Below are positions 1 through 6,961 of a DNA stretch of 6,961 nt, in pieces. Origin of the DNA: Paraspadella gotoi (lineage: Eukaryota; Animalia; Chaetognatha); the NCBI GenBank assembly GCA_051294375.1, contig JBJCIZ010001374.1, positions 1 through 6,961 on the forward strand, given 5' to 3'. The notes under the pieces are model-generated. The model did no database searches and had not been told where the DNA came from. It saw nothing but the letters and a program-made list of their open reading frames with translations. The position numbers were made by a program, and so were the translations under genes. Numbering within the stretch: the first letter of the stretch is position 1; each line of letters starts with the position of its first letter.

Positions 1-180
1 GAAGCAGAGAGATTGCTCTCTTAGTTCATTTGTTCTCTCGGCTTTTCTCACTAGTAGTTTTCCTCCCCTTCTTTATATATACATTTTTTCCGCTTCTTTC
101 CTTTGTTGATTTTCAACCCTTTTTATTGCTTTTTCTAATGCCTAATTAATTCTTATACTTTTTGTCTGCGCCTTCGCAGT
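1..180 (-). pseudogene. Possible decayed retroelement gag-like fragment running off the window edge
   Basis: The purine-rich minus frame reads TAKAQTKSIRIN*ALEKAIKRVENQQRKEAEKMYI*RRGGKLLVRKAERTNELREQSLCF. LEKAIKRVE and the terminal LREQSLCF loosely resemble Gag sequence leading into a CCHC knuckle. There are two stops and the knuckle itself is not in the window. Confidence 0.2.
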
Positions 181-1004
181 ATTTTTTTACTTAATTTATT
201 GCTCTAATGTTTTTCGTTTATTTTTCGGCTTTCAGCTAATTTATACATTACATCAAAGGAATGTTTTGAAATTTAATATGTTCTGATATATTTTGTCTTT
301 GCAAATCAAATTTATTACATGCAAATAGATATTTTTGCTAATAAGAGATAATAATCTTTCTTCTATTATACTTTTTCTCGGCTTTTTCTTTCCATTTTTC
401 AAACGAACAAAGAAGTAAATGAAAATAAACAAATGGAATGAAAATTTAAAAAAAAAAGTAAATAAAAAATTATTAAAAAACATTTAAAAAATGTAACAAT
501 TAGAAGAATGAATCTTGAAAGCACAGTTACAGGCTACAACTAACCGTTCATGGAATATAGCTTTACTTTTCCATAAGAATTTAAAAAAAATATTTATATC
601 CTAATTGATTTTATAAATCGATATTCAACCATTCAATTATATTGATTATTCATAAATGTGGCAAGGAGTAGTAAAGAAGGGGAGAAAACAAAATTTATTT
701 TTTTACGAGGAACCACGGGATTCAAAAAACGGGACAATGTATTCGGAGCTAGTTTTTCTTGGTCGTAAAGTCTACGGCGTGAGAGGTCGAAGACGATTCA
801 GGATTCAGGATGTCAGACGATTGCAGGAGCCGGAGTTAAGGAGAACATACATTTAAGATACTTTGGTTAGTTCTTAAATAGTTAATATTGATTAATATGA
901 AATTTAAAGTTAAATTATAAAATTAACCGATTTTAACGAAGCGAAGTTCCTCAAAAATTAACGGTTAATGGAACCCTAGTCCCGATATGAGACGGAGGAT
1001 TGAA

Positions 1005-1014
1005 NNNNNNNNNN
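1005..1014. other. Assembly gap (10 N)
   Basis: Run of 10 N. The fixed length is probably a placeholder, so the true gap size is unknown. Confidence 0.99.
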
Positions 1015-1407
1015 CAGCGGAGGACAACGAACCGCCCGACGTTTTTGGGATCTCGGGATTCGCGATAGCAGGCTGCATGGCTTCATCATCGACTGCAGGC
1101 TGTGGAGCGTCGTTGTCCGCGGCCGGGAGTTGGCGAGTGGGTGACCGGCCGCGTCTCGGAAGCGCCGCGGGGACGGTCGGGGCGCCGACCGCATTGTCGT
1201 TGAAAGGTTTGAGGCGGACGACCGAGACGTCATCGAGGCGGCCCCCGAAGTCAAGGCGAAAGAATTTGGCGCCGCGAGAGACGATCTTGAACACGCTGTC
1301 GTAGATTTGAGCCAAAGGACCCGATGGGCGTTGTGGCGGACGAGAGGGAAACGGCAACTTTGGAAGCCGACTGGGATATTTTGGGGATGATCAGTAAGGC
1401 GGGCCAA
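1015..1407 (-). mobile_element. Degenerate Ty3/Gypsy LTR-retrotransposon pol fragment: integrase C-terminal (GPY/F) region, frameshifted, CsRn1-like
   Basis: Joining the two overlapping minus-strand ORFs across a 1-nt frameshift at about 1319-1322 gives NIPVGFQSCRFPLVRHNAHR/GPLAQIYDSVFKIVSRGAKFFRLDFGGRLDDVSVVRLKPF...PAALPRRGRSP. This matches the recalled pattern of animal Gypsy integrase tails (VPxDLxTCxHVFVRHDAxRxPLQPPYDGPFKVLxRxxKxFxLDxxGRxxxVSxDRLKP...PRRGRPP). The end reads KTSG/RAVRCPP across a second shift, like the terminal TRSGRxVRxP motif. The segment is a sharply bounded GC-rich island in AT-rich DNA. The match is by eye and no database search was run. Confidence 0.85.
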
Positions 1408-1724
1408 AATGGATAACTTTTTATAAAATTTAAAAAATATATTTGTTAATTATATACTTAATCAATATTTACAATCACTTTTTTAACTAATGAAGCACAG
1501 TATAACATTGAAGACTTTAAATATTAATAGGCAATGAAAATTTTTTTTGTAAAATTCTATTTTTTAAGAACAGTTTCAGATAGCCAGTAAAAAGTTGTCT
1601 ATACAAAGTATAATGCGTTGGGTTAAATAAGGGAAAACCCGTAAAAATCATTATCATAGTTTTTACTAATTTTAACCTATAAAACATTTGGAAATCTTAT
1701 AATAATATTTTTTATTTTTTTTAT

Positions 1725-1734
1725 NNNNNNNNNN
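1725..1734. other. Assembly gap (10 N)
   Basis: Run of 10 N. Together with the first gap it bounds a 710-bp contig (1015-1724). Confidence 0.99.
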
Positions 1735-1986
1735 AAACCGTTTTTAAAAATTCTGAATTCTAAATTTTTTTTTAATGATAATATGATAAACTTTAAATTA
1801 AATATAAATGAAACTTAAAAATGATTTTTTTTAATATTTCGTTATCCCGCAGGGATATATTACAGAACTTTTAGTTTTTACCTTGTTCCGCTTTAAATTG
1901 ATACGCGTGGCATGTCCCGCAGCGCGTCGGGATCAGTCGGCAACGCGCCATCCGGGACAAACTCGGCGGGTCGTCGAGAAAGAAAT

Positions 1987-2044
1987 CCCGGATCTTCGGC
2001 GGTCCTGGAGTTTAATACGTTTGGGAGGCTTATGGGAAAATGAA
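1987..2044 (+). repeat. Left arm of imperfect inverted repeat (partner 2560-2615)
   Basis: TCCTGGAGTTTAATACG (2003-2019) is the exact reverse complement of 2585-2601. Positions 2003-2044 versus revcomp 2560-2601 align ungapped at 35/42, including ATGGGAAAATGAA. Weaker gapped similarity continues to about 1987. Confidence 0.85.
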
Positions 2045-2190
2045 GAAAAAGATAAAAAAATTGTTTGTTTCTTTATAAAAAATAAAAATTAAGACTATGA
2101 CAACAATGATCTTAAAAGGCTGAACTTATCAAGTTACATGGGTAAAAGAGTTTTTGTCGATTCTTTTTAATTCTTTAAAAAATTATTATA

Positions 2191-2252
2191 AAATATTATA
2201 ATTATATTTTTTATAAATTTATTAATATTATAATATTATTTTTTTAAAATTT
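2191..2252. repeat. AT-only low-complexity tract with an approximately 30-bp imperfect tandem duplication
   Basis: AAATATTATAATTATATTTTTTATAAATTT (2191-2220) versus TAATATTATAATATTATTTTTTTAAAATTT (2223-2252). Confidence 0.5.
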
Positions 2253-2291
2253 ATTTAAATTATCATATATTTAAACTGAAACTTTAATTTA

Positions 2292-2465
2292 AACTTAACC
2301 CTAACTTATTTTTAATTTACCCTTAACTTGTCCCTAACCTTAACTTAACCCTAACTTAACTATAATTTATTCTTAATCATTATTTACCCTTAACCTTAAT
2401 TTACCTCTCACTCACTCTTAACCCTAACTTACCCCTAATTTATTTTTAACTTTAATTCACCCTTT
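2292..2465 (+). repeat. Degenerate telomere-like minisatellite (11-bp AACTTAACCCT-type units mixed with 6-bp AACCYT units)
   Basis: CTTAACCCTAACTTA occurs exactly three times (2294-2308, 2344-2358, 2417-2431). CCCTAA occurs at 2299, 2332, 2349, 2422 and 2433. Variant units include AATTTACCCTT, AACTTGTCCCT, AACTTACCCCT and AACTTATTTTT. Confidence 0.8.
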
Positions 2466-2559
2466 TTTAAACTTATACTTTTTTTTTTCTCAGAAATTAT
2501 CTCTCTCCGTTCTGTTTTGTTCCTTTTTTTTTAAAACTAATTTATTTAAAAAAATCTTG

Positions 2560-2615
2560 TTCATTTTCCCATTGACCTCTGGAGCGTATTAAACTCCAGG
2601 AATGCCGTAGTCGGG
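2560..2615 (-). repeat. Right arm of imperfect inverted repeat (partner 1987-2044)
   Basis: CGTATTAAACTCCAGGA at 2585-2601 and TTCATTTTCCCAT at 2560-2572 are reverse complements of the left-arm blocks. Confidence 0.85.
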
Positions 2616-2770
2616 CTCACCATTAAAGGGGCACTTTTTTCTCGTAGATAATCACGAGCGATGAATGTGAAATTTTTGAGTGTGCTCATTCTTTAATCTT
2701 TTGTCCGTGTCGCTGATCCAAAACAGAGAGCGTATTCAGTGCTCGTATTACGTAGCCTATTAACTTTTCA
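2565..2770 (+). pseudogene. Possible decayed MULE/Mutator-like transposase C-terminal remnant
   Basis: The plus frame reads FPIDLWSVLNSRNAVVGLTIKGALFSRR*SRAMNVKFLSVLIL*SFVRVADP. This recalls the FPxxLWNVY...RTNNAVEGWH...HPNIWKFIxVL motif of animal MULE-type transposases, but it needs several deletions and contains stops. Judged by eye only. Confidence 0.35.
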
Positions 2771-4639
2771 CAAACTCCATCGACGTCGTAACTCCTGGTC
2801 CTTTACGAAACATTCAATTTTTAAAAAAAAATAACAATATAAATGTATATATTTAACATAAAATTATCTTTTTATTATAATTTTCGTTAAAAAAAAATCA
2901 AAAATCGGGCGGGAATAATGTTTATAAACACGCGAGTCAAAAAAAAAGAAGAAAAATCCAACACAAAATTTTTTTTTTTTTCATACAACAAGACTGTTAT
3001 AGATAGCAACTTTTACTATAAAGAAAAACCTGCATACGAGAAACTCGAATAATCTTAGTCAAACTTCATCTTATCAGCGAGATAAATAGGTTAAATCAAA
3101 TTTCTTTAGTAATTAAATTTTTTACCAGATCCAATTCGCGCCACCATGTCTGCCAATTCAAAACTACGGTTTCAATTTCAACTAAATATATAAAGATAAT
3201 ACACTTTCGGTTGGAAAAATCAGAGGGAAGACTTTGATTTGCTACCACCGCTTTATATTTTTTTGGGCGTTTTAATGTTATAATTTCGATATCAAAATAA
3301 TATTATATAATAATTACATAATGAATGAAATTTTACAAAAGTACAGTATTTTTAATTGATAATTTTTACTACTGGGACTTTTACTTGGAACGGCCGATAA
3401 CAAAACAAACATCTCAGCTCCGCGCTTGTGTTTGCAATTAAAGCTAGTGGGAGATATTTAATTTTTTTCAAAATGAGGAAATCTGAAATTTTCCTAGACT
3501 CGGAACTCTGATTCATCCAATTTTTGATCAAATTGCAATATCCACGCGAAACTATCTAATTTTCTTCTTTAAAAAGTAGAGTCCAAACTCTCTCGGAGAT
3601 AATTTTAAATTTTAACTATTAGCAAAGTTTTTTTTAGTTGTCTTTACTAAATATTTAAGCCAATCATTTCCAAAAAATTGACAATTAGACACTTTGATTA
3701 ATGCATTTAAATGTTACTTAACTTTTTTTTTTTGTATTTAAAAAAAAAAATTTGAAATATTAAAAGTTTTATGGAATTCTGATTGAGCAAAAAATAATAA
3801 TTATCGCTTTAAAATCCTACGTTTTCTATATAGTTTACTTATTTTGATGTCATTAAATATTTGTTTTAAAAAATAATAATTTGATAGAATCTGTCTTAAA
3901 ATTTAAAAAGTCATAAATTTTGGCCTAAACTATAAATTAAATTAAGAGGCATATAAATATTTCCATTGAAATAATACAATGTATGTTTGAGCATACTATA
4001 TATACATATACGTATACAATAGTTAAACTATCATAAATTACAAAACGGAAAAAAAAATGGAGGACAGAATGGATAAAGAAAAAAGCTCCCATCTCTTTCC
4101 AACGGAAATATGTACTGGATATTTTCGTTTCGAGGCCCAAATAATCCAAAACGGGAAAAGTCTGCTTTTTCCTTAAATTTACAGCAAATAATCCGGAACC
4201 TTTAGCTTTTGTACATCTTTCTGCCGCAAGCAGGAGCTAGGACATTCTCAAGCGAAATTTCAGTCATTAAATTTTTTTGGTAAAAGTAAACCGACCATAA
4301 TTCATATTCGGTCATGATAAATATCACCTACATGATTTTTCAATTGATAATTTAATACTTTTCCAATTTGCAATGTCCGCAATGATCCTTATGTTTGATA
4401 TTTATTTTTTGTTGGCCATTAGTGCAAATTTTTCGTTGCTCAATAAACTCCATCGTTTAATCGTTTAATCTTCTTATTGTCTAATTGTCAAATTGGTCTT
4501 TTTTATTTCAGAAAGTAAAAAAAAAAAAAATGTTATTCGTGTTTATCTAAGATTTATGTATCTTTTTCAAAAAAAAAAAAAATATTCATTTTAATTTTTT
4601 TATTTCAAATTTGTTGTTTTTCTGTTAGGGCACCGCAAA

Positions 4640-4951
4640 ATGTCATCTAGAAGTGCAAGTCCTGCGCTCCTTGTTCATCATCTGACCTGTTATCCGAGGG
4701 AGAACGACACCATCGAAATTCTTTTTCTCAGTCGGCTTCCTCGATCAGACCAATATCACTATCAGAGAAGGTAAATGCTCACTGAGCATTGCTCAGTTTG
4801 AATAGAAATTATGAATAAATTAGCTTTTTGGAAAAGTTAAGACAAATGGTTGTAATTGAATTTCGTTAGCGTGCGTACAGGAAGTCGCCTCAAAGGCAGG
4901 GTGTGTCAAACGAAGCGACTGAAGATTAGTGATTCACTCCCAAAACGTTAG
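4640..4951 (+). CDS. Candidate two-exon small ORF (4640-4770 + 4870-4951, 70 aa), unknown function
   Basis: Two GC-enriched blocks with splice-like borders: T-rich...TTAG acceptor at 4628, AAG|GTAAAT donor at 4771, TTTCGTTAG acceptor at 4869. Splicing keeps the frame open (MSSRSASPALLVHH...YQR/SVRTGSRLKGRVCQTKRLKISDSLPKR*). An alternative frame (SSDLLSEGERHHRNSFSQ...SEK/RAYRKSPQRQ...ED*) is also possible. No homology recognised. Confidence 0.25.
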
Positions 4952-5303
4952 CTCCCCTTTGCCCTACTAAATATTTCTAGAAAAATTGTCAATATTTTAG
5001 TCGAAATAAGTTTTCCTATTTTTCTTCTTTACTCATATCTATAATTCAAGCAATAATTAAATGAAGGTATGTTTTTTTCATAATTATTCACAGAAAGAAA
5101 TCTATCGAGTCTTCCGGTGAAGTTTTACTAAAGGCGAGAGAGAGGACTCAGGACTACCCAGCTACATGTTCAATGCTGTTCTAATACACTTTTATATACA
5201 CACACTGGATGTATATTTGACTGAGATTAGTATAGAGACTAAGGATCACTTCATCTAAAATAATCACCTACTGCACATAAATAGACATTTTCTTTTGATG
5301 CAG

Positions 5304-5454
5304 GTTCGAACTCTATTCAAGTATATCACAATGAAGGCGACAGATGATCGAATTGAGGATAAGGGTATGCTTTATTTTTATTTCGAGTTCAATCCGTCAC
5401 TCTACTAACATCAAAACAGCTATTCGAGCAACAAGTCGGATCTGCCTACGATAA
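5304..5454 (+). CDS. Candidate last two exons of a spliced gene (5304-5364 + 5420-5454)
   Basis: TTTTGATGCAG acceptor ending at 5303, then an open frame VRTLFKYITMKATDDRIEDK. A 55-nt intron follows (5365-5419: GTATGC...TACTAAC at 5403-5409...ACAG), then AIRATSRICLR* with AATAAA immediately after the stop (5455-5460). Upstream exons could not be joined in frame. Confidence 0.35.
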
Positions 5455-6961
5455 AATAAAGCGGTGATAAGCTAGATCCCATTATAGAAATCACAATAAA
5501 TTTCTTTTTTACTTTTAAATTTGTGAGTCTTAACAGTATAATGACAAATCGTAACATAGACAAATCATTACATGACTTTAATAAATCTATGAAAAAATCT
5601 AAATTCAATTGATCTATCAATCATCTATAGAGAAAACATTCGTTTGCGTGAGCGGGGAACAGATTCCCGAGTTTCAATGCTTTTTTTTGGCAGGTCCCAA
5701 GTTTTCCATCAAGTAAAACCAAATAGTAATAGTTATAAAGTTGTTTTTTATACGAAACGGGCGTCGTTGAAGCCCGTGCCGGTGGATCAATTTATAAATC
5801 GGGTCATCTTGACATGGTACAATGGACCAAAGTTGTGACTGGTTTACGGAGTTTTAGATTTCCGTAACCTGACTTAATCGTTCTCTACTAACTTATACTA
5901 AATACATGCGGTATGGTACATCAGTCATATGACTCTGTCTTGGCTAAGACAGCGTGTATCTTTTTTTTTTTAAATTTTACGCAAGCTTGCGTTGTTTAAA
6001 TTAACAACCATTAACTGGTTTTCGGCTTTATTTCCAACATAATCCCGTCCTTGAACTATTTCTTTTTAACTGACCGATGAGATCCATATATTGTTGTTGT
6101 CATTTGTTTCCCGGAGCATGCGTTGGCGCAATCGTGTTTTTAAGTGTAAATAACATTTAAATCCCTCACGACTTTTGTTGCTTTGGGGATCTATACACGG
6201 CCCGAATGCATAACTTCGTTACCGCTCAAGAACCCAACCGAGAAGTAGAGCCAAACTTCGTCAATGGGAGTGGGTTCAGAAAGTTTTGAATTTGGGAACC
6301 CTTTCCAAATGAAACTTCATACATTTTCTGAGATAATAACTTTCCAATGGAGCAAAATTTTCTAAAAATGGCAAGCTTAAGCATTAGTAATGTAATTTTT
6401 TAATTTAATTTATTTAATAGATAGGAAATGTCAACAAAATGTTTTTTAAATTTTTTATTTTTAAAGGCAGATTCAAATAGCTTAGAAAAGTTATCTACAT
6501 CACAAGTATAATTCTTTTTTCAATATTTTGATGATATAGTGGGTTTAAATTGAGAAAAACCTTAAAAAAATTCATCATCATCATCTATCAATCTCCGATT
6601 ATTTTTAGCAGTTTTTTACTAATTTGTTGGTAATAAAACATCCAATTGTTAAAAAGTTTAGATTATACTTTTTTCTTAACTTTTAAGCTCTATCAGAATC
6701 CAATTAAAAAAACTTAAAATATCCAAAAATTTTTTTGACATTATAGTAGCGAATATAAATATATCATTAATAGCGAATTACCATGGTTCAGCACATTTTT
6801 GTAAAAAAATATTTTTATACACAATAATTAAATACCAATAAATGGATTAGTTTAAATGCTGTTCCCATTAAAATTTGAATTTTGGTCGGCTAGCCGCTCC
6901 GAGAGCCATGCACTTCGAGCAAGCCGCGAATCAAACGAATCAGAGTTTTTTTTGACCTCGT

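Noticed and set aside
167-179. CTGCG-CCTT-CGCAG hairpin followed by T-rich sequence (terminator or Helitron end)
   Set aside because: The stem is only 5 bp, the context is eukaryotic, and there is no CTRR terminus at the expected distance.
253-483. 76-aa minus ORF, and the similar ORFs 3937-4149 and 5420-5620
   Set aside because: F/I/L/K-rich translations of low-complexity AT-rich DNA with no recognisable domain.
656-856. 66-aa ORF with short GATTCAG / AGACGATT(G)CAGGA repeats at 791-828
   Set aside because: No recognisable motif. The repeats are too short and irregular for a CRISPR array or an LTR call.
987-1304. 105-aa plus-strand ORF
   Set aside because: It is the antisense shadow of the GC-rich Gypsy fragment and spans an N gap.
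965-1407. ORFs 965-1357 and 976-1407 as intact genes
   Set aside because: Each carries only part of the integrase motif series. They are two frames of one frameshifted fossil, have non-ATG starts and read through the gap.
1890-2040. Minus frame SLPNVLNSRTAEDPG...PAEFVP as the upstream part of the same Gypsy integrase (LPxVLLGxRTAxKED...PGEF), split by an AT-rich insert
   Set aside because: It is collinear and tempting, but the match is weak, a gap intervenes, and the DNA paralog at 2560-2720 does not support an integrase reading. Left unresolved and not called.
4057-4176. 39-aa ATG ORF MEDRMDKEKSSHLFP... with a possible approximately 25-nt intron near 4160-4183
   Set aside because: Weak donor (GTCTGC), an early stop whether spliced or not, and no homology recognised.
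6210-6219. ATAACTTCGT resembling a loxP half-site
   Set aside because: Only 10 of 13 bases match, and there is no spacer or inverted second arm.
6884-6961. GC-rich start at the right edge with palindrome CGGCTAGCCG (6887-6896)
   Set aside because: Truncated by the window, with no tRNA cloverleaf or A/B boxes discernible.

Overview
AT-rich, homopolymer-laden eukaryotic draft-scaffold sequence with two 10-N gaps (1005-1014, 1725-1734). There is no intact gene, RNA gene, CRISPR array or prokaryotic operon. The best-supported feature is a GC-rich, frameshifted C-terminal fragment of a Ty3/Gypsy LTR-retrotransposon integrase (minus strand, 1015-1407). It resembles animal CsRn1-like elements, which hints at a metazoan host (inference). 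Two diverged copies of a short decayed coding segment lie head-to-head as an imperfect inverted repeat (about 1925-2044 and 2560-2720, with a 17-bp perfect core), and they may be MULE-transposase remnants. Between them is a nearly G-free spacer containing an 11/6-bp telomere-like (CCCTAA) minisatellite. Several exon-like blocks with GT-AG introns at 4629-5460 suggest a small plus-strand gene or pseudogene. I see no convincing new biological system. The inverted repeat plus telomere-like cassette is the most unusual structure.
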